From the NCBI RefSeq assembly GCF_030028105.1, contig NC_092371.1, positions 205,776,031-205,840,030 of the forward strand: 64,000 bases of DNA. The letters run 5' to 3'. This DNA comes from Mobula birostris (taxonomy: Eukaryota). Positions 49,169-60,800 of the stretch are shown in pieces. Made by a program: the position numbers and the translations under genes. Numbering within the stretch: position 1 is the first letter of the stretch; each line of letters starts with the position of its first letter. The notes under the pieces are model-generated. The model was given only the letters and a program-made list of their open reading frames with translations, ran no database searches and was not told where the DNA came from.

Positions 49169-51137
49169 AAGATGAGAAAACATGCAGATTCTGGAATCAA
49201 AGCAACACCATAAGACCATAAGATGTTGGAGCAAGAAGCAGGCCATATGGCCCATCAAGTCTGCTCTGCTCTGCCATTTCATCATGGCCACTCCAATTTT
49301 CCTCTCAGCCCCACTCACCTGCCTTCTCCTCATATCCCTTCATACCCTAACCACTTAAGAACCTATCAACTTCTGCCTTAAATATACACAAAGATTTGGC
49401 CTCCACAGCTGCCTGTGGCAAAAACTCCAGATTCACCACTCTCTGGTTAAAAAAATTCATCCACATCTCTGTTCAAAAAGGACACCCCTCTATTCTGAGG
49501 CTGTGTCCTGTGGTCCTACACTTTCCCATCATAGGAAACACCCTCTCCACATTTACTCCATCAAGACCTTTCACCATTTGATAGGTTTCAATGAGGTCAC
49601 CCCTCATTCTTCTGGATTCCAGCGAATACAGGCCCAGAGCAATCAAACACTCTTCATATGAGAGGCCATTCATTCCTGCAATCTTTTTCATGAACCTCCT
49701 TTGAACCCTCTTCAGTTTCAGCACATCCTTTCTAAGGTAAGGGCCCCAATACTCCAAGTGAAGCCTCAGCAGTGCTTTATAAAGTCTCAAAATTACATCT
49801 TTGCTTTTATATTTTAATCCTCTTGAAATGAATGCCTCAGACTCTACCTGCAAATAAACCTTTGGGAAGTCCTGCACAAGGACTCCCAAGTCCCTTTGCA
49901 CCTCAGTTTTTTTTTGTATTTTCTTGACATTTAGAAGATAGGCAACCCTTACATCTCTTATACCAATATCCATACTGATATTGCATGACCATACACTTCT
50001 CAACACTGTATTCCATCTGCCATTTCACTGCCCATTCTCCTACTCTAAGTCCTTCTGTAGCCTCTCTATTTCCTCAAAACTACCTGCCCCTCCATCTACT
50101 CTCACGTTGTCTGTAAACTTTGCAATAAAGCCATCAATTTCATCATCCAAATCACTGACATATAAGATAAAAAGAATCGGTTCCAACACAGACCCCTTTT
50201 GGACACCACTAGTCACAGGCAGCCAGCCAGAAAAGGCTCCCTTTATCCCCATTCTTTGCCTCCTGCAAATCAGCCACTGCTTGAGCCATGCTAAAAACTT
50301 CCCTGTGATAACACGAGCTTCAGGTGACTTATCTACCTTCAGACCTTTCAGTTTCCCAAGATCATTCTCTCTAGTTATGGTAACTTCACACACTTCATGA
50401 CCTCTGACACCTGGAATTTCCACCATACTGTTAGTGTCTTCCACAGTGAAGCCTGATGCAAAATACTTATTCAGTGTGTCTGCCACTTCCATTACCATCT
50501 CTCCAGCATAGTTTTCCAGTGGTCCAATATCCACCCTCGCCTCTCTTTTACACTTCATGTATCTGAAGAAACTTTTGGTATCCTCTTTAATATTATTGGC
50601 TAGCTTACTTTTATATTCCAACTTTACCTTCTTAATGACTTTTTCAGTGACCTTCTGTTGGTTTTTAAAAGATTATCAATCCTCTAACTACCCAATAATT
50701 TTTGCTCTATTATATGCCCTCTCATTGGCTTTTATGTTCACTTTGACTTCTCATGTTAGCCACCGTTACGTCATCTTTCCTTCAGAATACTAATTCCTCT
50801 TTGTGAAGCATATGTACTGTGCCTTCTGAATTGGTTTCAGAAAATTCAGCCATTGCTGCTCTGCTGTCATCCCTGCAAATGTTCTTTTCCAATCAATTCT
50901 GGCCAACTTCTCTCGCATGCCTCTGTAATTCCCTTTATTCTACTGAAATACTGATACAACTGACTTTAATTTCTCTTTCTCATGACTTCAGCTTCTCCTT
51001 CTCAGACATTTGGTCCTCCTTCTCAAAGTGCTGGAGGAACTCAGCAGGCCAGACAGCATCAAAAGAAAAGAGTAAATAGTTGATGTTTGGGGCCGAAACG
51101 TCAACTGTTTACTCTTTTTTAGAGATGCTGCTTGGCG
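49169..51137. mobile_element. Palindromic Penelope terminal-repeat element, itself interrupted by a CR1
   Basis: Left end 49169-49208 and remainder about 51022-51137 (hairpin centred near 51082); flanked by caattaactct (49158-49168) and caattgattct (51138-51148). Confidence 0.75.
49209..51005 (-). mobile_element. CR1 LINE, 5'-truncated
   Basis: ORFs 50040-50621 and 49473-50006; (TCTTATGG)n tail at 49209. Confidence 0.9.
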
Positions 51138-53147
51138 CAATTGATTCTTCTTAGTTCCTGGCTAATGCCCTCATAATTTGTTCTATTCCAATTTAAAACT
51201 ATCCCCAAGGACCATCCCTCTCCTTATCTATAGCTATCCTGAAAGTTAAGGAGTGGTGGTCACTGTTTCTTAACTGCTCACCCAGTGAAAGGTCAATCAC
51301 CTACCAGGCTCATTATCGACCAGCAAGTCTAGTACAGCCCCTCCTTCTGTTGGACGGTCCACATATTGATTTAAGAAACCTTCCTGGATACACTTTATAA
51401 ATTATGCCGCATCTAAACCTCTTACACTAAGAAGGTCCCACATTAGATTAGGGAAGTTGAAAACCCTCATGACAACAACCCTGTTATTTTAACACATTTC
51501 CTTACTCTGATTACATATCTGTACCTCAATGTCCCAGTGGCTATCGGGGGGGGGGGGGGTAGTTTGTAATACAATCCCATCAGTGTGATTGCACCCTTCC
51601 TAGTCCTGAGTTCTACCCAAATGAACTAATTGTCTGATCCTCTCCAGTATACCTCTCCCGTGTGCAGCTGCGACTCCCCCCCCCCACCTCCTCCTCTATC
51701 TTTTCTAAAACCTCGAAAACCTAGTATGTTAATCACCCATTCCTGCCCCTCTCCCAACCAATTTTCAGGAATAGCCACATCATAGTTCCATGTACTGATC
51801 CATGCTGTAAATTCATCACTCTTACCCATAATGCTCCTAGAATTAAAATAAACGCACTTCAAACTATCCGACCCATCATATCTGTTATTCTGATTTTGAC
51901 TTTGAACACTTTCCCTAACATCTAACTTCTGGTCTGATCCTTCCTTTACTGACCTGGTGCTCTGATTCTCAGTCCCTTGCAAAACTAGTTTAAACTCTCA
52001 CAAGTCACATTAGCAAACCTCCTGGCCAGGATATTTATTCCCCTCCAGTTCAGATTTAACACCTGCCTCTTGTACAGGTCACCCCCTCCCTAAAAAAGGT
52101 TCCAATAACCCAAGAACTTGAAACCCTGTCTGTCCCCTGCACCGTCTCCTCAGCCACTCATTCGTCCATGCTATTATCCCACTCCTACCTGTGGCACCGG
52201 GAGTAATCCAAAAATTACCACCTTGGAGATCATTCTCTTTAACCACTTTCCTAACTCTGTTTACTCACTGCATAGGACCTCTTCCGCTTTTCTGCCTATG
52301 TCATTTAGCCAATATACCCCACGACCTCTGGCTAAGATTCCATCTTGTCAATGATTGGGCTGCTCTGTCATGGTGTAGCTCATTAGGTACAAAGCATGGC
52401 AGCACTGGGTTACAGTTAGTATGCCCTATAAATTTTGTGCAATCTGTAATTCCTGTAGTTTCAATAAAACAAAAACAGCAAGTGCTCAAAATATTGATAA
52501 GTACTTCTTTGCCATGACTGTAATCTATTCTCATTTACTTGTTTGTGCCTGCAAGTTGTGTATCCAGATGTTGAGAAGTTATGTGTCTTTCACTCAAGGC
52601 ACTTCACATGTGGGCACTATCAACATGCCCTGAACCTTGAAGGAATAGCTGTTATCTACAGAATCATGCTGTGTGTCACTGTAGTCTGCCTCAGTAACAT
52701 AATGGGGTGATGGTGGAGTAGAAGGCACATATCCATCTGGAAGAAGGAATGCATATTCTTTTACCATTGAAGTAATGCTACTCTCTTGGTGATACATTTG
52801 AAAAAAAATCTTTGCTTTGAATTAATTTACATATGTTGCTAGACTCATTTGAAATGGCTAGTTGCTCTCACTGGCTGCTTTACAAAAATGTATTCTGAAA
52901 GCATACAGTCACAATGATACTTTCAAACAGTTTCACACAATCTAATAAAATAACATCAAAGATGGACTTTAGTTTGGGCATATGTGTATCATTAGGTATG
53001 CGCGTGTATATATTACCAGGACTGTTCTGCCTCTACAACAATACCATTATTAATCAATCTTCCTGACACCCATCTGGCAACATTTCTGTGAGCCACACTG
53101 GAAACTCTGAATGAATTCAGTGTGAGTGTGATTTCCAAATATTGTTT

Positions 53148-53390
53148 TATTTAGAGATACAGCACAGTAACAGTCCCTTCTGAACAAACAAGACTGCACT
53201 GCCCAATTACACCCATGTGGCCAAATAACCTACTATCCCATATGTCTTTGGAATGTGGGAGGAATTGGGAGCAACTGGAGGAAACGTACATGGTCATGGG
53301 GAGAATGTACAAACTCCTTAGAGACAGCAGCACAATTTAACCTGGATTGCTGGTGCAGTATTAGTGTTGCGCTAACTGCGATGTGCCATA
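53148..53390 (-). mobile_element. V-SINE
   Basis: Reverse strand aggagtttgtacattctccccatgaccatg..tcctcccacattccaaagac. Confidence 0.75.
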
Positions 53391-53477
53391 CTGATTTTAT
53401 TTGTTTTATTAATACATGGTTTGATGTGATCTATAAAAACAATATGAAGCATGATTGCTGTTGCTGTTTCTCCCTTT

Positions 53478-55570
53478 TAAAGTTCAAAGTAAATTTTATA
53501 ATCATATAACCCTGAGATACATCTTCTTGTGGGCATACTCAATAAATCAATAGAATGATAATCATAACAGAACTAATGAAAGACCACCCAAAATGCATTC
53601 AACCAGAGTGTAGGAGACAACAACTTGTGCAAATACAAAAAGTAGAAATAATAATAAAAAATAAATAAGCAATAGATAATTAGAACTATCCTTGAAAATG
53701 AATCCATTGGTTGTGGGAACATTTCAATGATGGGGCAAGTATCTTTGGAATAATGGAATTTTTATCTGTATTCCACTTGAAAAATTACTGATAATTTAAG
53801 AAATAAATATGATACATTTTTGAATGTTTGGCATCCTTATTTACAAAAGATAGGATTGTATATATAGGTGCTCCGATTATAAAGATGTTAGTCCTTTGGG
53901 GAAAGAAACAAATACGTATATTAAATTTATCTCAAATCCCATGGAGCATGTGGAGACCTTCCAATATCCAGGCAGCCTTTCTTCCTTTTTTTCTTTTTCT
54001 TTCTTTTCTTTTAGGTAGGGGTATGTATCGGGGGAAGGGTTAAGGGGGAGGGGGGAGGGTAGATTTTATTATTCCATGTAATCAAGTTTGAAAATTGAAT
54101 TAAAAATTATTTTAAAAAATGATGGGGCAAGTGAAGTTTAGTGAAATTATCCCCTCTGGTTCAAGATCCTGATGGTTGAGGGTAATAATTGTTGCTGAAC
54201 CTGCTGGTCTGAGTCCTTGGGCTCTTGTACACATCACCCCTTTGCAGCAGCAAGAAGAGAGCTCGTCCTGGGTGGTGCAGGCTCCTAATACTGGATGCTG
54301 TTCTCCAGCAATGTTTCAAGTGGATGTGCTCAATGCTGGGGAGACCTTCACCCATGATGGACTGGGCTGTATCCACTACTTTTGTAGGATTTTGCATTCA
54401 AGGACATTGGTGTTTCCATACCAGGCTGTGTTGCAGCCAATCAAAATACTCTGCACTGCACATCTAAAGAGGTTTGTCTAAGTTTGAGATGTCATGCTGA
54501 ATCACCACAAACTCCTAAGGAAGTAGGGGCGGTGCTATGCATTCTTTATATTGCACTTATGTGCTGGGCCAGGACATGTCCTCTGAAATAATGATACCTA
54601 GGAATTTAAAGATGCTAATCCTCTTCATCTCTGATCCTGCAATGAGGACTGGCTCATGGACCTGAGGTTTTCTTCTCCTGAAGTCTATAATCAGCTCCTT
54701 GGTCTTGAGCAAGAGGTTGTTGTTATGAAACCACTCAGCCAGATTTTCAGTCTCACTCCAGTTTGCTGATTCATCACCGTCTTTGATTCAGCATACAATA
54801 GTGGTGTCGTCAGCAAACTTGAATATGGCATTGGAGCTGTACTTTAGCCTCACAGTAATAACTGTAAAGCGCATAGAACCAGGGTCTAAGCACACACCCC
54901 TGTGATGCACCTGTGCTGATGGAGATTGTGGAGGAGATGTTGTTGCCAATCGGAACTGACTAGCATCAGCAAGTGAGGAATTCCAGGATGCTATTGCACA
55001 AGGAGGTATTGATGCCAGGGTCTTAGAGTGTATTGATTAGTTTTGAGGGGATGATGGTATTGAATACCGAGCTATAGTCAATAACGAGCATCCTGATGTA
55101 TGCACCCTCACTGTCCAGATGTTCCAGGGTTGAGTGAAGAGGTGGCATCTGCTGTGCACCTGTTGCTTCAGTAGGCAAATTGGAGCAGATGTTAGTTACT
55201 TCTCAGGCAGGAGTTGATATATTTCATTACTAACCTCTTAAAACACTTCATCTCTGTGAATATAAGTGCTCCTGGGTGATAGTCATTGAGACAGGTCACT
55301 ACGCTTTTCTTGGGCACTGGTATAAATGAAGCCTGCTTTAAAAAGTTGGGTACCACACACTGCCAAATTGAGAGGTTAAAGATCTCAGTGAACACACTAG
55401 CCAGTTGATCAGCACAGGTTTTTAGTACTTGGCCAGCTATCATATCTGGGCCGGATGCATTTCATAGGTTCACCCTCCTGAAGGATGCTCGGTTGTCTGC
55501 TTCAGAAATCAAGATCGCAGGATCATCGGGGGAGGTGGGAGTTTGTGATGATTCCTCCATGTTTTCATGG
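53478..55570 (-). mobile_element. Rex1/Babar LINE, degenerate
   Basis: ORF 55192-55443 (LKTCADQLASVFTEIFNLS..IPVPKKS..CLNDY..MKCF), KFADD at about 54810, and ORF 54161-54397. Confidence 0.88.
53741..54117 (+). mobile_element. L1-clade LINE 3' end with 15-bp TSD
   Basis: TSD aatgatggggcaagt at 53726-53740 and 54118-54132; ORF2 C-terminal-like NLRNKYDTFLNVWHPYL; G-rich 3' UTR and A-rich tail. Confidence 0.8.
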
Positions 55571-56134
55571 ACAACGCAAGCACAGAAGGAAATAATCTGG
55601 CATCAAAAAGGAGCAGTTGTAACTTCTGTCAGGCCAGGCTTCATGGGAAGGTTCTGCCGAGTCCTGTCAAACCTGCATCCTACTTTACATATTGGAAATC
55701 TGGTACACCAGAAAACAGGGGCTAAGGTCATATTTTATATCTGTATATAGTCTAATTGTGAACTAAAAGTACAGAATGAAACTGTCTTGGGGAAAAAAAA
55801 AGATATACTTATGCAACAGTGTATCACCAGAACATATCTAAATTTTTTTACAAATTATTTTCAAGCTCAGCCACTATAATCAGAAAAACAGCATAGATCC
55901 TTCAAAAAAGCTGAATGACTAGTTAATCAAGTTGTTCAGTAATGAAGGAATATGAATCGTACAATGAGGAACAATAATATGCTTGATTTTACCGATTTAC
56001 AAGCTCAAAATATATTGAAGCACATCAGTTTAACCACACACAATCAACCAAGGAGTCAAGGAGATGGTCATGAACTGACAATTTTAGTGTCCTAGGTAAT
56101 TATGTGATCAATTGTCCTGATTTTATCTGAATAA

Positions 56135-56690
56135 TAGTCATAGAAAGCACAGAAACAGCTCTTTGGCTCATCTAGCGCTTGCCGAAGCATTTAAAATGCC
56201 TAATCCCATTGACCTGCACTAGGACCATAGCCGTCAATACCCCTGTCATCCATGTACCAATCTAAACTTCTCTTAAATGTTGAAATTGAGCTCACGTGCA
56301 GCTTGTTTCGCACTCTCGTGATCCTCTAAGTGAAGAGATTTCCCGTCATGTTCCCCTTAAACTTTTCACCTTTCACCCATATCCCATGACCTCTAATTGG
56401 AGTTCAATCCAACCTCAGTAAAAAAAAAGCCTGCTTACATTTATCCTGTCTATACCCCTCATAATTTTCTACAGCTCTATCAAATGTCCCCTCAATCTTC
56501 TACATTCTAAGGAATAAAGTCCTAACGTATTCAATCTTTCCTTATAATTCAGGTCCTCCAGTCCCAGCGACACCCTTGTGAATTTTCTCTGTATGCTTTC
56601 GAACTTATTTACATCTTTCCTGCAGGTAGGTGGCCAAAAACTGCATATAATACTCCACGTTAAGCCTTACCAACGTCTTATACAACTTCA
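56135..56690 (-). mobile_element. CR1 3' fragment
   Basis: Same 3' organisation as other minus-strand CR1s; LERL..LE..RLRG region at 56490-56560. Confidence 0.75.
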
Positions 56691-57576
56691 ACATAACCAT
56701 AAGACCATAAGACATAGCAGCAAAATTAGGCCACTTGGCCCATCGAACCTGCTCCGCCATTCAATCATGGCTGATCTTTTTCTCCCCTCCTCAACCCCAT
56801 TTCCCAGCCTTCTCCCCGTAATATTTGATGCCATGTCCAATCAACAACCTATCAAGCTCTGCCTTAAGTACACCCAACAACCTGGCCTCCACAGCTGCCT
56901 GTGGTAATAAATTCCACAAATTCACCACTCCTTGGCTAAAGAAATTCCTCCACATCTCTGTTTTGAATGGATGCCCCTCTATCCTGAGGCTGTGCCCTCT
57001 AGTCCTAGACTCCCCAACCATGAGAAACATTCTTTCCACATCTACTGTCTAAGTTTTTCAACATTTGAAAGGTTTCAATGAGATCTCCCCTCATCCTTCT
57101 AAATTCCTGAGAGTACAGACCCAGAGCTATCAAATGTTCCTCATATGATAACCCTTTCGTTCCCAGAATCTTTGTGAACCTCCTCTAAACCCTCTCCAAT
57201 GCCAGCACATCATTTTTGATATAAGGAGCCCAAAACTGTTCATAATAGTCAAGGTGAGGCCTCACCAGTGCCTTATCAAGCCTCAGCATCACTTCCCAGC
57301 TGCAAGTTAACCTTTAGGGTGTTTGGCAGAAGAATTCCCAAGTCTTTTTGCATCTCAGATTTTTGGATTTTTTCTCCGTTAAGAAAATAGTTTGCACATT
57401 CATTTCTACTACCAAAGTGCATGACCATGCATTTTCCAACATTGTATTTTATTTGCCAGTCTCTTGCCCATTCTCCTAATCTGTCGACGTTCTTCTGTAT
57501 CCTACCTGTTTCCTCAACACTACCTGCCCTTCCACCAGTCTTTATATCATCTGCAAACTTGGCAACAAAGCCATTC
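56691..57576 (-). mobile_element. CR1 3' part
   Basis: ORF 56791-57039; AKFADD at about 57545-57565; (TCTTATGG)n tail. Confidence 0.88.
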
Positions 57577-57839
57577 TGTAAACAAATATGTAGACCTTGA
57601 CCCTAATTATGAGCCAAGATTGCCACATTGGCAATGAACAATGGGATTTTCTCTCCACATCACACTTTAGTTTCTGAAATGACATCGATTCAGCTGATTG
57701 AAAACTATAAAAAGGGCAAGCATTCGGAGGAAACACCACCATCAACAGTGCATTGACGATGTCTCCTCACATGGTGACAAAATGTTTCCAAGTCAATTGC
57801 CAAGATCAGAGAACAACTCAACCCAAAACAACCATTATT

Positions 57840-60800
57840 TAGATATCCACGGCAGAGTAAATTTTAAATTGTCCCATTAAGGCCAAAAGATTTAATAGCT
57901 GAGGAGAATTTCTTATTCTTGTGGGATAATGTCCTTCCTGACCAAGGAGGTGACTCTGCTTGGCAGTTGAGACTAGTGACTGTGATACTATACCAGGTTT
58001 TGAGGTCTCCTCTATGTTGGTTGTAGGAATTGACTTTGGGACTGCAGGAAGCGGTGTGACAGCTCTAGACACTTTCTTCTCTAACAATTGACTTTGCTCT
58101 CCTCAACTGATTGATGTGTCATCACCAGATGATATCAGATGCAAACTCCATTATGCAGGAGTGGTCCAGTTCTGTCGTTCATTTTTCTCAGTACCCACTA
58201 TCGATCATGTCTGTAGTCCCTTGCCAGGGCTGCTTGACCCGGAGTGAGACACTGAACATCCTTGTTGGAAGAGCCTTCGATACAACTCCGCTGCTTGTCC
58301 TGCATACTCCCTCCGAGATAGAGTTTAAGGAGATCCAAGTGTAGTGCAAGGGATGACCCAGGAACAGCACAGTTGGTGAGATGTTGGTACTGGAGTTTGC
58401 TGCACTGCAAAGTGCAAGGAGGAAATTGGTGACCTTCTGATTCAGTGTTAATGTAGTGTCTTTTGCTGAAATTGCTCAAAGTGCCTTCTTTAGATTCTGG
58501 CCAAATCTTTCCACCAAGCCATTTTATATATAGGTGGTACCACACAGATGTAACATTTCTTAATCTGTTCATTTTCTGGAATGACTGAAACAGTTCCACA
58601 ACAAACTGTGATCCATTGTCACTGACTAAATGTTCTGAAACACCAATCCTGTGAAGAGGCTTCTCAATTCTTCAACAGCGTGTGAGGCTACAGTGGAGGG
58701 TACTGGGAACACTTCTGGCCACATTGTAGTTGCATCTGCTACTGCCATGAATTCCCTGCCAGGACAATGCAGGCCATTCCCAGAAAGGGAAAGGCACTGC
58801 TGTTGGCATCTTCTGGACATTTTGGCTTTCTAAACTGTGCATGGCGAGCTGCTCAATCTGCTGGCTTATCCCAGGCCACCAGACAAAGCTTCCAGCCAAC
58901 ACTTTCATATTACTAGAGAATACTTGAGAACCAGGATGAAGCTCCTCCAACACTTTAGCTCTCAGTTTGGATGGTACAACAACTCCCAATCCCCACATAA
59001 GGCAACCCCTATCAAGGGAAAGTTCATTCCACCCCTGGTAAAAATGGGGGAACTGGAATTTTGGGTTGCTATTGTAGACCTGAGACAGTGTGTTTTTTTC
59101 TCTCTGGTTTCCCTTTGGATTATCTCTTCCAGAAGACCAGTCTGTGCAGATTGGTGATAACATATCCTCCTCGCTGACGGTCAACACTGGCACACCTCAG
59201 GGCTGTGTGCTTAGCCCACTGCTCTGCTCTCTGTACACGCATGACTGTGTGGCTAGGCATAGCTCAAATACCATCTACAAATTTGCTGATGATCCAACCA
59301 TTTTTGGTAGAATCTCAGATGGTGATGAGAGGGTGTACAGAAGTGAGATATGCTAACTAGTGGAATGGTGCCCCAGCAACAACATGGCACTCAATGTCAG
59401 TAAGACGAAAGAGCTGATTGTAGACTTCACGAAGGAACACATACTAATCCTCATAGAGGGATCAGAAGTGGAGAGAGTGAGCAGCTTCAAGTTCCTGAAT
59501 GTCAAGATCTCTGAGGATCTAACCTGGTCGTAACATATTGATGTAGTCATAAAGAAGGCAAGACAGCGGCTATACTTTATTAGGAGTTTGAAGAGATTTG
59601 GCATGTCAACAAATACGCTCAAAAACATCTATAGTTGTACCGTAGAGAGAATTCTGACAGGCTGCATCACTGTCTGGTATGGAGGGGCTACTGCACAGGA
59701 CTGAACGAAGCTGCAGAAGGTTGTAAATCTAGTTAGCTCCATCTTGGGCACTAGCCTACCAAGTACCCAGGACATCTTCAGGGAGCCGTGTCTCAGAAAG
59801 GCAGCGTCCATTATTAAGGACCTCCAGCACCCAGGGCATGCCCTTTTCTCGCTGTTACCATCAGGCAGGAGATACAGAAACCAGAAGGAACACACTCAGC
59901 AATTCAAGAACAGCTTCTTCCTCTCTGCCATCCAATTCCTAAATGGACATTGAAGCTTTGGACTACCTCACTTTTTAAATATACAGTATTTCTGTTTTTG
60001 CACATTTAAAAGAAATCTATTCAAAATCTATGACTTATTTATTTATTATGTTTTATTTTTTTCTCTCTCTCTGCTAGATTATGTATTGCATTGAAATGCT
60101 GCTGTTAAGTTAACAAATTTCACGTCACATGCCGGTGATAATAAACCTGATTCAGATTCTGATTCCATAATAGGGAGATTTTCAATTTGCACTCGGGAGA
60201 GTACGTCAAGAGGAGTGCCCTCATTTGTAAATTTTTCAGGTATTTTCCCATCAGCATTTCCATGACTTGATGCCCTCTTGAATTCAATCTCGTATCCTTC
60301 AAGAAACAGAGCCCACCTTTGTATTTGTGCTACTGTTGTTAGTGGAACATCCTTCAGTGGATTGAAATTAGACACCAGCGGTTAAGCACAGCAGTGAGGG
60401 TAAAGTCCCTCCCATGTGAGTACTGGTTGAAATATTTTACATTCTAATCCAAACTCAAGGCCTCTCTTTCAATCTATGCAAACTTTTCGCTGCGGCAGTA
60501 AGGGAATGTGATGCAAAAGCTATGGGGTGTTCACTTCGGTCATTCATAACGTGACATGACTACACCTATACCATAAGGCAGGGTATCACAAGCAAGCTTC
60601 ATTGCACAATGTGGATCATATGTGTGAGCACATGGTCTGAAATCACCATTTCCTCTGTCTATCGAAAGCCACCTCACACTGCTCTGTCCATTGCCATTTT
60701 TTCCTGATCTGCAGTGATGAGTTCAAGGGGTGGGGTACAGTGGGTAGGTTTGGCAGGAAGCTGTTATAGTAACTGGCCAATCCTAAAAATGATTGCAACT

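Larger units (their letters stand above)
47073..52330 (-). mobile_element. Long CR1 LINE (ORF1 end, APE endonuclease, RT, 3' tail), interrupted at 49169-51137
   Basis: ORF 51626-51982 LKCVYFNSRSIMGK..WNYDVAIPENWL is an endonuclease N-terminus; RT and C-terminal fragments lie at 47100-49160. Confidence 0.85.

Noticed and set aside
52594-52797. 67-aa ORF in unique sequence
   Set aside because: No recognisable homology or convincing splice context.
53045-53080. Minus-strand QMGVR / RLINN resembling NT5C1 exon 3 (QVGVRLINS)
   Set aside because: The two words are in different frames, flanking residues do not match, and there is no credible acceptor.
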